This document shows, one piece after another, positions 1-11,274 of a DNA stretch of 64,000 bases. The DNA comes from Phormidesmis sp. (lineage in GTDB: Bacteria > Cyanobacteriota > Cyanobacteriia > Leptolyngbyales > Leptolyngbyaceae): NCBI GenBank assembly GCA_965248535.1, contig CBDFJR010000005.1, positions 640,001 through 704,000 of the forward strand, given 5' to 3'. The position numbers and the translations under genes were made by a program. The notes under the pieces are model-generated. The model did not search any database, was not told where the DNA came from, and saw only the letters and a list, made by a program, of their open reading frames with translations. Every line of letters starts with the position of its first letter. The first letter of the stretch is position 1.

Positions 1-2303
1 TGCTCGGCAACGGCCCAAGCGATCGACAATCCATCAAACGTCGCGGTTCCCCGTCCAATTTCATCTAATAAGATCAGCGATCGGGCCGTGCCGTGATTGA
101 GAATATTCGCAGTTTCATTCATCTCGACCATAAACGTCGATTGACCTGTGGCTAAATCATCAACGGCCCCAACGCGGGTAAAGATGCGATCGCAGATGCT
201 CAACTCAGCAGAGTGCGCCGGGACAAAGCTCCCCACTTGCGCCATGAGTTGAATCAGCCCAATCTGCCGCAGATAGCAGCTTTTGCCACTCGCATTAGGC
301 CCCGTCAAGACGATTAGATCGGGAATCGAATTGGACTCTTGCCCCAGTTCTGCCGAGTTGGGAACAAAAAAACCTGCGGGCAAAGACTGCTCAACGACAG
401 GATGACGGCCCTCTGAAATGGTGAGTTGACGACCGTCTATCATTTTGGGGCGACTATAGCCCTGGTAAACCGCCACCTCAGCTAACCCGGCTAGGGCATC
501 GACCGCCGCAACTGCACGGGCAACAGTGCGAATCAGTTCGGCTTGTTCACCGACCTCCGATCGTAGCCCCGCAAAAATTTCATATTCTAAGTCTCCAAGC
601 TCTTTGCGGGCGTTGAGAATTCGATTTTCGCGCTCTTTAAGCTCTGACGTGATGTAGCGTTCTTCGTTGACTAGGGTTTGCTTACGATCGTAGCCATCGG
701 GCACCTGCCCCGCTTTAGAACGAGAAATGCTGATGTAGTAGCCAAAAGTTTTGCTGTAGCCGACTTTTAGGGTTGAAATCCCCGTTCGCTCTCGCTCAAT
801 GACTTCGAGCTTGGCTAACCAGGCTTCATCATCGGCCGCCTGCTGGCGCATTTCATCTAGTTGGGGCACCACATCTGCCCGAATCAAGCCCCCTTCTTTG
901 AGAGCCAGTGGCGGCCGCTCGACCAATCGAGCCTGAAGGTGTTTGCCGAGTTGCTCCAAGATCGGAGGCACCTGCTGAACGGCTTTGAGATAGGGCGATC
1001 GACTCGACTCGACCAGTCGGGCTAAGTCGGGCAATTTGCCTAGAGAATCGGCTAGACCGACCAAATCACGAGGGCTGGCGGTGCCTGACCCGGCTCGTCC
1101 CGCTAACCGTTCTAAATCATAGATCTGGCGCAGCAATCGCTGTAAATCTTCTCGCAGGGTGCCGTTTTCGACCAGTTCTTGCAGGGTGTCTTGTCTCGCC
1201 TGAATCTGGGTCAGGTGCAGCAGAGGTTGCAGCAGCCAGCGCCGCAAAGCCCGACTGCCCATGGGGGTGACGGTGCGATCGAGGGCCCACAGCAGCGAGT
1301 TGTGAAAGGTGCCATCGCGCACGGTTTGGGTAATCTCTAAGTTGCGACGGGTCTGATTGTCGAGAATCAAATACTCCGTCAGGGTGTAGGTGCAGATCGG
1401 CTGAAGCGGAATCTGCGTCTCTTTTTGAGTGTCGTCGAGATATTCCAACAGTCCGCCCGCGGCCCGCACCGCTAGAGGCAGATGATCACAGCCCAACCCT
1501 TCTAGCGATCGCACCCGAAATCGCTGCAACAAACGCTGGCGGGCTTCGACTTGGGTAAAGGCAGCCTGCGATCGCAGCGTATAGCAAAACTGCGTCGGCA
1601 GACAGTCGGGGAGATGGGGCGACTTTTCGCCCGGTCTGAGCAGCCCCCGCAGATCAGGCGCATTGGCTGGCAGCAGCACTTCGGCGGGCTGAAGGCGCAT
1701 CAACTCTTGGGTCAACTGCTCTAGAGACGAGGATTGGGTGGTGAGAAATTCTCCTGTTGAGATGTCAGCGTAGGACAAGCCCCAGTGATTGCCCGCGATC
1801 ACGATCGCCGCTAAATAGTTATTGCGACGAGCGTTGAGCATTCCTTCTTCTAAAAGAGTGCCCGGCGTGACCACGCGAGTAATTTCTCGCCGCACCAAGG
1901 CACCTTGGGCATCGGCTGCATCTTCAACCTGATCGCAGACGGCGATCGCATAGCCCTTTTCAACCAGCAGCGCACAGTAGCGATCGAGGGCGTGATGAGG
2001 AATGCCCGACAGCGGCACTCGCCCGACTTCTTTGCCGCCATCTTTAGAGGTGAGCACGATTTCTAACTCACGGGAGACCGTCAGCGCATCTTGAAAAAAG
2101 GTTTCAAAAAAATCGCCAACTCGATAAAACAGCAGCGCGTGGGGATATTGATCTTTGAGATCGGCATAGTGGCGCAGCATCGGGGTGAGGTGATCGCGAT
2201 GCACCGCGCCATGATCGGCATAGCGAACGGCGTGTTTGACCAGCCGATCGGGTAGCCCATTAGCAGGCACCGATTCAGAAGAAGGGGGAGGAGGAACAGT
2301 CAT
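1..2303 (-). CDS. mutS: DNA mismatch repair protein MutS (3' end runs off the window)
   Basis: Absent from the ORF track; translated by hand from ATG 2303: LTPMLRHY...[17 protein letters not shown], Walker [51 protein letters not shown]. Confidence 0.97.
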   Translation of the reverse strand, partial: MTVPPPPSSESVPANGLPDRLVKHAVRYADHGAVHRDHLTPMLRHYADLKDQYPHALLFYRVGDFFETFFQDALTVSRELEIVLTSKDGGKEVGRVPLSGIPHHALDRYCALLVEKGYAIAVCDQVEDAADAQGALVRREITRVVTPGTLLEEGMLNARRNNYLAAIVIAGNHWGLSYADISTGEFLTTQSSSLEQLTQELMRLQPAEVLLPANAPDLRGLLRPGEKSPHLPDCLPTQFCYTLRSQAAFTQVEARQRLLQRFRVRSLEGLGCDHLPLAVRAAGGLLEYLDDTQKETQIPLQPICTYTLTEYLILDNQTRRNLEITQTVRDGTFHNSLLWALDRTVTPMGSRALRRWLLQPLLHLTQIQARQDTLQELVENGTLREDLQRLLRQIYDLERLAGRAGSGTASPRDLVGLADSLGKLPDLARLVESSRSPYLKAVQQVPPILEQLGKHLQARLVERPPLALKEGGLIRADVVPQLDEMRQQAADDEAWLAKLEVIERERTGISTLKVGYSKTFGYYISISRSKAGQVPDGYDRKQTLVNEERYITSELKERENRILNARKELGDLEYEIFAGLRSEVGEQAELIRTVARAVAAVDALAGLAEVAVYQGYSRPKMIDGRQLTISEGRHPVVEQSLPAGFFVPNSAELGQESNSIPDLIVLTGPNASGKSCYLRQIGLIQLMAQVGSFVPAHSAELSICDRIFTRVGAVDDLATGQSTFMVEMNETANILNHGTARSLILLDEIGRGTATFDGLSIAWAVAE

Positions 2304-2402
2304 GAACGATCGATACAGTACAGTCTTACTAGACTTTAGCGCAAGCTAAATCTGATATGAGTCTATAGCGATTTATCAGAATTTTGGGCTGTAAAGTGAT
2401 TT

Positions 2403-2531
2403 GCAATTTAATAGAATCCGCCGTTGTTGCAGAACCCTGCATGGTTAAATTTAAGGGTTGATCGCTTCGTTTTAGGGGGCGAACCCCAATCGCTGAAGTG
2501 GAAAGACTCTCCTGGGATTCTATTAAATTGC
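2403..2531. mobile_element. MITE-like 129-bp element with perfect 17-bp terminal inverted repeats
   Basis: GCAATTTAATAGAATCC (2403-2419) and its exact reverse complement GGATTCTATTAAATTGC (2515-2531); lies in the mutS-lnt intergenic region. Confidence 0.55.
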
Positions 2532-2551
2532 GAGTCCCTAAAGCGATTTGT

Positions 2552-4177
2552 ATGGCAAATTTTCAAGACTTTAAACCCCAAGCGTTCAAAATTCGATCCG
2601 ATCGGGCGTTTCAACTAGCGATCGCTCTGATCAGTGGACTATTAATGGGCTTAACTCCAGCTCCTTTTAATGTGTGGGGTTTGGCTTGGGTAGCGATCGC
2701 GCCTCTGTGGATTTTGGTTGTAACCGATACGAAATTGGCTGAGTCGGGCAAGTCTCTGAACAGTTATCGGTTCAAAATTTTTCTAGCGCTGGCTTGGGGT
2801 TTGGGCTATCACGGCTTTGCGCTAGCGTGGATTATCGGCTTGCATCCCTTAACGTGGCTGGGCATTCCGTGGTTGGCGAGTGTGGCGATCGTGCTAGTCA
2901 TCTGGCTGTTTATCACCGCTTGGGGTGCTGCCCTCGTGGGCATCTGGGCAGGGGTGATGAACTGGATGGGACGCTCAGGAGTCTCGGCGGGGCTGCGCGT
3001 CTTAACCGGAACGGCGGTTTGGTGTGGGCTAGAAAGCCTTTGGGCAATGGGTTCGCTCAATTGGACTTCGGTGTCTTATACCCAGAGTCCCTATAATTTG
3101 CCGATTTTGCATTTAGGTCAGATCTCAGGAGCGATGACGGTGACGGCCGCGATCGTCTCCTTTAACGGGCTGCTAGCCGAAGCTTGGATCGCCTCTAGAC
3201 GAACCAGAGAACCTCAAAAAAACCTTTATCTGGTGCCGATCGGCTTTTTTTTAGCCCTACACCTAATCGGATTTGGACTTTATAGCCGTCCTCTGCTCGA
3301 AGCGCCTAACGCAGCGCTCAAAGTGGGGATTATTCAAGGCAACGTTCCCACTCGCATCAAGCTATTTTCGGACGGATTGCAGCGAGCGCTATCGGGCTAC
3401 ACGGCGGGCTACCGGGTTCTCGTCGATCGGGGCGCAGAGGTGGTTTTAACCCCCGAAGGAGCACTCCCTTTTCTCTGGGAAGGCAAAAATCGCACTCAAA
3501 ATTCACTTTATGAAGCGATCGTCGAGAAGGGCGTTCCCGTGTGGCTCGGCACATTTGTCTCTCAGGGAATGCAATATACCCAGAGTTTGCTGACGATCGC
3601 GCCTCAGGGCGAAGCTGTCAGCCGCTATAACAAAGTCAAACTGGTTCCTCTGGGAGAATACACCCCGTTTCAAGATCTGCTGGGAGGGCTGATCAATCGG
3701 CTGTCACCCATTCGCGCCAATATGCTGCCCGGAGGCTTAGACCAGCAGTTTGACACGCCCTTTGGTCGAGCCGCCGTAGGAATTTGCTATGACTCAGCCT
3801 TTCCCGATCTGTTTCGCGCTCAGGTGGCAAAGGGCGCAGAGTTTATTTTGACCGCATCGAATCTAGACCCCTACAGCACCACGCTCAAAGCCCAGCATCA
3901 GGCCCACGATTTAATGCGGGCGATCGAGCACGATCGCTGGTCAGTTCGGGCCACAAACACGGGTTATTCGGGCATCATTGACCCCCACGGTCGAATTTTG
4001 TGGCGATCGCAGCCCGATCGCTATGAAATTCATTTAGACACGATCTACCGTCGATCTACTCAAACCCTTTATGGACGGTGGGGAAACTGGTTGACACCGA
4101 CCTTGATGGGGTTATCCACAATAGGATTATTGCTCAGAAAAAAGATTCTCTTTCTGCGGAATGAACCGTTGGTTTAA
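2552..4177 (+). CDS. lnt: apolipoprotein N-acyltransferase
   Basis: N-terminal TM helices plus nitrilase triad motifs TPEGA, YNKVKLVPLGEY, ICYDSAF and RATNTGYS. ORF opens at 2498; ATG 2552 is the more likely start. Confidence 0.95.
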   Translation: MANFQDFKPQAFKIRSDRAFQLAIALISGLLMGLTPAPFNVWGLAWVAIAPLWILVVTDTKLAESGKSLNSYRFKIFLALAWGLGYHGFALAWIIGLHPLTWLGIPWLASVAIVLVIWLFITAWGAALVGIWAGVMNWMGRSGVSAGLRVLTGTAVWCGLESLWAMGSLNWTSVSYTQSPYNLPILHLGQISGAMTVTAAIVSFNGLLAEAWIASRRTREPQKNLYLVPIGFFLALHLIGFGLYSRPLLEAPNAALKVGIIQGNVPTRIKLFSDGLQRALSGYTAGYRVLVDRGAEVVLTPEGALPFLWEGKNRTQNSLYEAIVEKGVPVWLGTFVSQGMQYTQSLLTIAPQGEAVSRYNKVKLVPLGEYTPFQDLLGGLINRLSPIRANMLPGGLDQQFDTPFGRAAVGICYDSAFPDLFRAQVAKGAEFILTASNLDPYSTTLKAQHQAHDLMRAIEHDRWSVRATNTGYSGIIDPHGRILWRSQPDRYEIHLDTIYRRSTQTLYGRWGNWLTPTLMGLSTIGLLLRKKILFLRNEPLV

Positions 4178-5045
4178 GACTGATCAAATCATCAATATTG
4201 CGGCGCATTGTGAGACAAATTGCATCTAAAGGCAGATCGTTGGGATCGTGCCCAAAGGGGTTTTCAATTTCAATCCCAATCTCCTCAATGCCAAACAGCG
4301 TAAAGCTGATCAACACAACTACAGGAGCCGTCCACCACCCCAACTGACCCACCATTTGAAACGGTAAAGATAGACAATAAAGCAACAGCAATTGCTTGAG
4401 ATGAATTGCATAAGCCAGCGGCATGGGTGTTTTTAAAATGCGTTCACAGCCCCCGATCGCATCTACTAAACCGTCGAGTAATCGGTGCATTGCCGTTAGC
4501 TGATAAAGATTGAGTCGATGCTGTTGATATTGCGACTGCAAATAGTCACCAATCCAAAACGCAACTTCTAGCGGCGGATTGTTCATTTGCTGCAATTTTT
4601 CATATTGGTCAGGCGACAAAAAATCTTTGATTTCGAGACTGATAGATTCTTGTCGGAGATGCAGCTTAGTAGCGATCGCCAAGGCAATCAACAAATAGAG
4701 CGCTTTGACTTTTTCTAATCGATCGCCCGCTTCTTTTTCCTCAACCGCAATCCAGATCTGTCTCGCCAGATTTCTCACCGTGTTGACGATCGCACCCCAA
4801 CATTTCCGTCCTTCCCAAAAGCGATCGTAGGCCGTATTAGTTCTAAACACTAACAGCAAGCCTAAAACAATGTTGGGAATCAAACTAGCTAAAAACGGCA
4901 GAGAAACCGGATAGTTAGCATCTAAAAGCAGCTTGATCAGCAGCCCAAAAAATCCGCAAAAGAGCGATCGGGGCAACACCGCAGGAATCACAGAACCCTT
5001 GACCTGTAGAGCAAGATTTAGCCAGCGGCGTTTTTCCAGACTCAT
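4134..5045 (-). CDS. bestrophin family ion channel (YneE-like)
   Basis: LLLVFRTNTAYDRFWEGRKCWG, CERILKTPMPLAY, EIENPFGHDPNDLPLD. Confidence 0.93.
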   Translation of the reverse strand: MSLEKRRWLNLALQVKGSVIPAVLPRSLFCGFFGLLIKLLLDANYPVSLPFLASLIPNIVLGLLLVFRTNTAYDRFWEGRKCWGAIVNTVRNLARQIWIAVEEKEAGDRLEKVKALYLLIALAIATKLHLRQESISLEIKDFLSPDQYEKLQQMNNPPLEVAFWIGDYLQSQYQQHRLNLYQLTAMHRLLDGLVDAIGGCERILKTPMPLAYAIHLKQLLLLYCLSLPFQMVGQLGWWTAPVVVLISFTLFGIEEIGIEIENPFGHDPNDLPLDAICLTMRRNIDDLISLKPTVHSAERESFF

Positions 5046-5142
5046 CAGAGCGCTTCCTCAGTCAAAAAATAAACGTTAAAAAATTGGCTCTTGCCGCGCA
5101 AAAACCAACATCTAACCGATTCCAATATAGAGGTTAATCTCT

Positions 5143-5574
5143 TTAACGGCGCACTTTTCCGGTGAAGCCTGCTGCCTTAAATTGCTCTAGCTTTAGAGGC
5201 GTAGGTTGATTGGCAGAAACGGTGATTCTCAACTCAAAATCGCTGATGCCCGGCGGCACTTCTTCGATCGAACCCAATCGCGTCCGATTTCGCATGACTG
5301 AATCGTTGTTTGCGTCATAAATGCGCCCAAAAATATCGGCATTCACCACCGTTCGATTCGTCGCGTTTTCAGCTTTGCCCGTGACCAAATAGCAGTTTGC
5401 GGCGCGGGTTGTGCCGCTCATCACCGAGCCTTCACCCATCTCAGACGGGCAATCGTGATAGGACAAATCAAACAGTTTAATTTGAGTCAGCGCTAACGCA
5501 TCGGGTGCAGTTAGCCCTGCCAAAACCCACATCGCCGCAGACAGGACAACGACAACCAAAGCTCGAAACTGCAT
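5143..5574 (-). CDS. conserved cyanobacterial exported/lumenal hypothetical protein
   Basis: Signal-peptide-like N-terminus (MQFRALVVVV...ALA) and two Cys; ORF extends to 5661. Confidence 0.7.
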   Translation of the reverse strand: MQFRALVVVVLSAAMWVLAGLTAPDALALTQIKLFDLSYHDCPSEMGEGSVMSGTTRAANCYLVTGKAENATNRTVVNADIFGRIYDANNDSVMRNRTRLGSIEEVPPGISDFELRITVSANQPTPLKLEQFKAAGFTGKVRR

Positions 5575-5677
5575 ATAAATCACCCTCTGCGATCGACAAA
5601 CCGTTCTCCCAGACATTATGAACGGCTTTCGCACTCGTTGCATCCCCAATTGATCAAACATCAGGAAACTCTCAGTG

Positions 5678-6136
5678 TCAATTTCGATCGTTGTCGCCGA
5701 TAAAATCAGGCTGATTGCTGCCCGGAACCCGCCAATCTTCGTTTTCGCCGCCGATGATCAATTGGTCGATCGTCAAAAAATCTCGACCCAATTCGCGCAG
5801 GGTGTTGATGAGAATGTCTAGAGCGATCGCGTCACTGGTGCCCAAGTCAAACCAGCAGCGACCCCAATTTGACTCAAACTCAAACTCTCCCATGTTGTGC
5901 ATGAGTGCGACCATGCTGTTGTCAGCAAAGCTTTCGTCGTACTCCATATAGCTGATTTCTAAACCTATGTCCTGCACCTGAAGGTTTTCGGCATTAAAGG
6001 CCCCCAGTTTGCCTAGATAAAACCAAGAGCTAAAGGCTTCTTCAACATATTGTTTTTCCATCTCTGAGGGATTGTTGCTGAACTCCACCCAGATCCAGAC
6101 GTTGAAGGGGTCAAATTCGCGAAACTGTACTTTCAT
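5678..6136 (-). CDS. DUF3531 / CRR6-like NDH-1 assembly protein
   Basis: FREFDPFNVWIW, SWFYLGKLGAFNAENLQV, MHNMGEFE, WFDLGTSDAIALDILIN. Confidence 0.85.
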   Translation of the reverse strand: MKVQFREFDPFNVWIWVEFSNNPSEMEKQYVEEAFSSWFYLGKLGAFNAENLQVQDIGLEISYMEYDESFADNSMVALMHNMGEFEFESNWGRCWFDLGTSDAIALDILINTLRELGRDFLTIDQLIIGGENEDWRVPGSNQPDFIGDNDRN

Positions 6137-6234
6137 AAATTAGAAGGCGATAAGCGATCGTGGGGCAAAGTCAGTCCCGTGACCAAACTCGTCCCCGACT
6201 CTTCTAGCCTAGCGCCTATTGCCGATCTCCCCGA

Positions 6235-7191
6235 TCAACGCCCCATGTTTTGAACGCGGCGCTGAGTTCGGGTTAGCTCTTTTTGAATCTGGGTGACAAT
6301 GCCACTCGGCAACTGATCTTTTTGAGACAGCGCTTTCTCAAACAACGCGATGCCCTCTTTGTTGTTGCCTTGGCGCACCAAAATTTGAGCTTTTAGATAA
6401 GACAACTCAGGGTTTTTAGGAGCCGCCTCGATCGCTTGGTTAATCGCTTGCAGCGCTTTATCGGGCTGATTGAGGTCACGATAGCCCAACGCTAAACCTC
6501 GATAAGCCAAATAACGAGGCGACGCATATTTTTCTAATCGCTCGATCGCTTGAGTCGGACTTGACAACGGCAAACTGACGTTGACCGCCAACAGCAAATC
6601 GATATAACCCTTGAGCAGATTAAGCTCTGGGTCTTTAGCATCGATCTTTTCAGCTTCGTCTAAGTATTTGAATGCCTGCTGAAGCTTGCCCAATGCCTGT
6701 GGCGTGCCTCGAATTACGCCCTCGGTGCCCACCACATAGGCCCCTTCTAAAAAGTTGCCAACTGCAATGTAGAGATTGCCCCGCAAAGGATCGGTTTTAA
6801 GCAACTGCTCGGCGCTCTCACGGGTCTGGGTGGCATAGCCTTTAAAGCTAGCCAGCGCCGCCTGCTTTTGAGACTGATCAGATTCACCCTGCCAACTGCT
6901 ATAAGCCAGCGATGCCTTTAAAGCAAAGGCTAGCGGTTCGCCCGCTTCTGCCTGACTGAGATCAGACGCAGCATTTTTATAATTGCCTTGCTCAAAGACC
7001 GATCGAAAGGCCGCCTCGGTTTTATCTCCGATCGGGTGAGGGCTAGTGGTGCGAAAGGGGTCTTTTGCCAGGGAAGGACTAGCCCACAGACTGAGGGCGA
7101 TCGCCGCAGTGCTGACGATTTGCCAAGCGCGCTGCAAGTTAAGCAGCACAGGAGGTTGAGACGCAGAAAACCAATCAGCCATAAAAATCAT
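6235..7191 (-). CDS. Sll0314/Alr1548-like exported TPR protein
   Basis: Signal peptide ending SLA-KDPFR, DPLRGNLY motif, C-terminal TPR-like helices. Confidence 0.8.
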   Translation of the reverse strand: MIFMADWFSASQPPVLLNLQRAWQIVSTAAIALSLWASPSLAKDPFRTTSPHPIGDKTEAAFRSVFEQGNYKNAASDLSQAEAGEPLAFALKASLAYSSWQGESDQSQKQAALASFKGYATQTRESAEQLLKTDPLRGNLYIAVGNFLEGAYVVGTEGVIRGTPQALGKLQQAFKYLDEAEKIDAKDPELNLLKGYIDLLLAVNVSLPLSSPTQAIERLEKYASPRYLAYRGLALGYRDLNQPDKALQAINQAIEAAPKNPELSYLKAQILVRQGNNKEGIALFEKALSQKDQLPSGIVTQIQKELTRTQRRVQNMGR

Positions 7192-7502
7192 TCTCTAAAA
7201 ATTATGCTTGAGACGTTGCTGCCGGATGATCAGCCGTCATTGAGAAATTCTAAGGTGTCTGACGGAGTTTCTGATGTCAAGTTCCGTTTGAGCAGCGATC
7301 GGGGTAGAGCGATCCAGAGACTTCCTTAAATTTGTCATAATAGAGACAGAAAAGTTTTTGCATCCTGATTGGGAACTGCGTCCTGCTCTCTTCATCACAG
7401 CGTGTCTCAATACTGGGTCGATTAGGCTTGCACTTACCATTCTCTGTTAACTTTGAAAGGTTTGCCTTTGGTTTCTAGTCCACCTTGCTCATAACCCTCT
7501 GA

Positions 7503-8174
7503 ATGCTTCATCTTCGTGATCTGTCTTATCACCCAACCGCCAGCCCTAGCCCGATTTTGAACGCGCTCAACTTAGAGATTGCCCCGCAGCAGTTAGGATT
7601 GATCGTTGGGCCCAGTGGCTCTGGAAAAAGTACGCTGTTAGAAATCTTGGCGGGGCTAGCAGAACAGACCAGTGGCACCCTGTTTTGGCGAGACCAAGAA
7701 CTGACCTTTCTGCACTTGCAGCAATTGAGCGGGTTGGTGTTTCAGTTTCCAGAACGCCACTTTTGCGGCGGCACTATCTTAGAAGAATTGCGGCTGGGGC
7801 ACCCCGAAATCAAGTCAGAGCGCATTCACGAAGCTCTTGCAGAAGTGGGTCTCGATCGCTTATCGCTGCAAACCTCCCCCCATTCATTAAGTGGTGGGCA
7901 GCAGCGCCGTCTCGCCTTAGCCGTGCAGTTGATTCGTCAACCCAGCATTTTGCTGCTCGATGAGCCGACCGCAGGGCTAGACTGGTCTATGCGTCAACAG
8001 TTGGTGAGTTTGTTAGCCAAGCTCAAAGCACACTGGAGTTTGCTGGTTGTATCACACGATGCGGGAGATCTGCTCTCGATCGCTGACCAATGCTGGACTC
8101 TAAACCACGGACAACTTAATCAAGTAGACCCCAAAACGCTCAAAGCCCCAGGGGAAGCGCAGCTAATTTCTTGA
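7503..8174 (+). CDS. ABC transporter ATP-binding protein (stand-alone, EcfA/CbiO-like)
   Basis: GPSGSGKST, VFQFPE, LSGGQQRR, LLLDEPT, VSHD. Confidence 0.92.
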   Translation: MLHLRDLSYHPTASPSPILNALNLEIAPQQLGLIVGPSGSGKSTLLEILAGLAEQTSGTLFWRDQELTFLHLQQLSGLVFQFPERHFCGGTILEELRLGHPEIKSERIHEALAEVGLDRLSLQTSPHSLSGGQQRRLALAVQLIRQPSILLLDEPTAGLDWSMRQQLVSLLAKLKAHWSLLVVSHDAGDLLSIADQCWTLNHGQLNQVDPKTLKAPGEAQLIS

Positions 8175-8185
8175 AGGGTGTAGAC

Positions 8186-8941
8186 ATGAAGGACGAAGAA
8201 GACTTAGCGCCATTGCCAGACTTGGCTGATCTGTGGCAAGAGACGCTCAACTGGCAGCCAGATAGCCCTCAGCAATCTCAGTTTCAACGTTTTTATGAAC
8301 TGATTTTAGAGAGCAATCGACAGCTTAACCTGACCCGGATCACAGAACCCTCTGAGTTTTGGGAAAAGCATTTATGGGATTCTCTGCGGGGAATTGTGCG
8401 GCTTCTAAAGTCACTCCCTACGCCTAGTTCTTCGCCGTTTTGCGCGATCGACATCGGCACGGGGGCAGGCATTCCGGGGGTGCCTGTGGCGATCGTGCGT
8501 CCTGACTGGACGGTGACGCTGCTAGACTCGACGCGCAAAAAAATTAGCTTTGTCCAGAGCGCCGTTGAGACTTTGGAGCTAAAAAACATCAAAACCGCCG
8601 TGGATCGCGTCGAGCAGATCGGGCACGATCGCTATCATCGTGAACACTATGATTTGGCGCTGATTCGAGCCGTGGCCACCGCTTCGGTCTGTGCAGAATA
8701 TGCGCTGCCGTTGCTGAAAGTGGGTGGCGTTGCCATTCTCTATCGCGGGCAATGGACAACGGAGGAAGCCCAAGGGTTAGCGCTGGCAGTCGAGCAGTTG
8801 GGCGGCACGATCGAGGCAACCGATGGATTTGTGACTCCCCTCACCCAAAGCACTCGCCACTGCATTTATCTCCGCAAAGTTGCCCTCACGCCGACGACTT
8901 TTCCACGCACGATCGGCATTCCGACTCAAGATCCCTTGTAG
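8186..8941 (+). CDS. rsmG: 16S rRNA m7G527 methyltransferase
   Basis: NLTRI, KHLWDSL, IDIGTGAGIPG, LDSTRKK. Confidence 0.95.
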   Translation: MKDEEDLAPLPDLADLWQETLNWQPDSPQQSQFQRFYELILESNRQLNLTRITEPSEFWEKHLWDSLRGIVRLLKSLPTPSSSPFCAIDIGTGAGIPGVPVAIVRPDWTVTLLDSTRKKISFVQSAVETLELKNIKTAVDRVEQIGHDRYHREHYDLALIRAVATASVCAEYALPLLKVGGVAILYRGQWTTEEAQGLALAVEQLGGTIEATDGFVTPLTQSTRHCIYLRKVALTPTTFPRTIGIPTQDPL

Positions 8942-9035
8942 AGTCATTCACAGCAAGATTTTTGAGCACAAGACAATTAGCGAGACTCAATAACAGTTAA
9001 TCCACCATATCTATAAAGACGTTCAGATATAGGAT

Positions 9036-10046
9036 CTATCTTTTGCTTTTAGGCAGCGGCGATCGCTCACTTTGCTGAAACTCTAGCCAAGATTTTTGCA
9101 CCTCGTCAGGAGCGGGATGCTGACTGTCATAAATCGCAATCACGTTGGTGAGCGGTCGCCCAGCCGACTGAAGAATTTTGCTGCCTTGGGCCAGCGCCAA
9201 GGAGGTGCCCCCATCTAGGTTCATCGCCTCGTGGCAGCCGAGAGATTTCATAATCGCCGCTTCTTTTTTGAGCGAAACCTGGCTGCGAAAAGTCACGAGC
9301 AGTAGCCGTTTACCATGTTCAGGAAACCCGATCGCTGCTCTAACCGCCACCCCCATCACCGCCGGATCAGCAAACCCCTCCTGCTGGGGATTGACCCAAA
9401 TCTTGCCTCGCTTCAGCAGTCTCGGCCCGGCGGTGAGAGAAAACCAGTGCTGTTGCCATTGCGGTTTCCCATCGACCCGCGCTGTGGTCATTTCAGGGCG
9501 ATTCCCGCGTCGCAGCCCCAAGGTTGTGCCGTAATTCTCCCACGGGCTGTATTTGAGAAATTTGCCGCTTGACACCAAATTGCCCATGACCCGCTTTTGG
9601 GCATCGATGCTAAAAAAGGTGCCATTAGCCGTGATGGCAGCCTGAGAGCGACGCACCAGATCTAAAAACGCCTCATCGCCCCGCGTTGAGTAACGGCTGT
9701 TTGCCTGGGTTGCCCGGTTTGCTAACTCGACGCTGACAAAGGTTTTGGGGTCGGTGAGGTCGATCGTTGTGACATAGATGGCAGTTCCGGCAATGCGGCG
9801 ATCGCTGACAGTGATCGGACGGCTAGGCACCGAGAAGTCAATCGGTTCGCGTTTGAGTTGATCAAATTTATCAACGCTGACCTCAACCGGATGCTGCGAC
9901 AAATCCGACGGGGTAGGCTTGAGCGAAAACAGCATCGTAGACAAAAATAGGGCAGACCCGACGGCTGCCGAGATACCGCCAAAACACGACACAACCCAAT
10001 GAAACGCTCTGCGGCGGCGATCGGACTTAACTCGGCTCTGCATCAA
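9036..10046 (-). CDS. phosphodiester glycosidase (NAGPA/DUF2233) family protein
   Basis: NGTFF, AGPRLL, RAAIG, AMNLDGGTS; N-terminal membrane anchor. Confidence 0.85.
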   Translation of the reverse strand: MMQSRVKSDRRRRAFHWVVSCFGGISAAVGSALFLSTMLFSLKPTPSDLSQHPVEVSVDKFDQLKREPIDFSVPSRPITVSDRRIAGTAIYVTTIDLTDPKTFVSVELANRATQANSRYSTRGDEAFLDLVRRSQAAITANGTFFSIDAQKRVMGNLVSSGKFLKYSPWENYGTTLGLRRGNRPEMTTARVDGKPQWQQHWFSLTAGPRLLKRGKIWVNPQQEGFADPAVMGVAVRAAIGFPEHGKRLLLVTFRSQVSLKKEAAIMKSLGCHEAMNLDGGTSLALAQGSKILQSAGRPLTNVIAIYDSQHPAPDEVQKSWLEFQQSERSPLPKSKR

Positions 10047-10214
10047 ACCTTTCTAAAACGCTCTGTCGAGTATGCCCTGCTTGATTTAATCGTTCAAGCC
10101 TGATTAAGAAGACTTATTAAGTGGATGTCAAGATTAAATGCCCAATCATCTCTCCGACAGCCTTGAGCAAATCAGGATTAAAATTGCAAATGCTGCCCCA
10201 TTTTGGAGTTGTCT

Positions 10215-10814
10215 GTGAGTTCTTCGACGCTGCCCACCATCAAGTTTTTGCAACAACCCACCTCTGCGGCTTGGGTTGAGCAAGCTCTTGCCAACCTTGA
10301 CACCCTTTTGCTCGATCACTCCCACTGCGAACGCAAAGCCGCCGGGGTCGCCCTCAATCTGATGTTTCGCTACCCGTCTAAGTCCAAACTGGTGAGAACG
10401 CTGACGGCGATCGCTCAAGAAGAATTGCAGCACTTTGAGCAAGTCAACCAGATTTTAGAGCAGCGCAATATTCCCCTAGCTCCCCTCGCGGCCCCACCCT
10501 ATGGCGCAGGGTTAGCCAAACAGATGCGTCGTGACGAACCCGATCGCCTCCTTGATGCGCTGCTCATCGCCGGGCTGATCGAAGCGCGCAGCCACGAGCG
10601 TTTAGGTTTGTTGGGCACTCACTGCCCAGAGCCTGACTTGGCCCGTTTCTATCGCGGCTTAATGGCCTCTGAAGCGCGTCACTACGGCGCTTATTGGACG
10701 TTGGCAGACACTTATTTTGAGCGATCGGCTCTCAACCATCGACTAGAAGAATTAGCCCAGGTCGAAAGTGATCTCCTGCTAACGCTGCACCCGCATCCTA
10801 GAATTCACAGCTAA
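10215..10814 (+). CDS. miaE: tRNA-(ms2io6A37) hydroxylase
   Basis: LLDHSHCERKAA, EELQHF, IEARSHERL, SEARHY di-iron ligands; GTG 10215 follows GGAG (ORF opens at 10203). Confidence 0.93.
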   Translation: MSSSTLPTIKFLQQPTSAAWVEQALANLDTLLLDHSHCERKAAGVALNLMFRYPSKSKLVRTLTAIAQEELQHFEQVNQILEQRNIPLAPLAAPPYGAGLAKQMRRDEPDRLLDALLIAGLIEARSHERLGLLGTHCPEPDLARFYRGLMASEARHYGAYWTLADTYFERSALNHRLEELAQVESDLLLTLHPHPRIHS

Positions 10815-10826
10815 CACCGGGTCGGC

Positions 10827-11084
10827 TCACCGCAAAAACGGTGGTCGGCGCAGATCGGCAGGTTTGGTTTTCACCACTTCCCCCATAAAGCATTTCAGGG
10901 CTTTTTCTCGGTTTTTCATAAACGCTGCCCAAAAACCAGGGTGAAACTCTTCCATCGTCTTGGCCAATGCCCAGACGTCAACCGCCAAAACGTTGTAGAG
11001 CGTTTCATCTTCTTTTTTAAGCGAGTCAATCTGATCAGGCACCGACCCTTTTGGTGAAACGCGATGACCGTCATTGTTCAGCAC
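10827..11084 (-). CDS. small hypothetical protein
   Basis: 85-aa ORF filling the gap between miaE and the next gene. Confidence 0.6.
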   Translation of the reverse strand: MLNNDGHRVSPKGSVPDQIDSLKKEDETLYNVLAVDVWALAKTMEEFHPGFWAAFMKNREKALKCFMGEVVKTKPADLRRPPFLR

Positions 11085-11274
11085 GATAGAGGCTCCCGAT
11101 GAGAAGTGAATAGAATGAGCTTGGCTTCTACCACAGTTATACTTGATACCTTGAGAAAGTCAGCTACGGAGGCTCGATCGCGCTAATCAGACTTTCCTCG
11201 CCCATGGACAACCTGAGAAGGCACCGAACCAGTAATAATTAAAAGTAAGCCATTATTTTGAGCAGATAAGCCCT

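Noticed and set aside
4112..4120. Isolated perfect DnaA boxes (4112; also TGTGGAAAA at 13355)
   Set aside because: Single unclustered 9-mers are plausible by chance; one lies inside lnt
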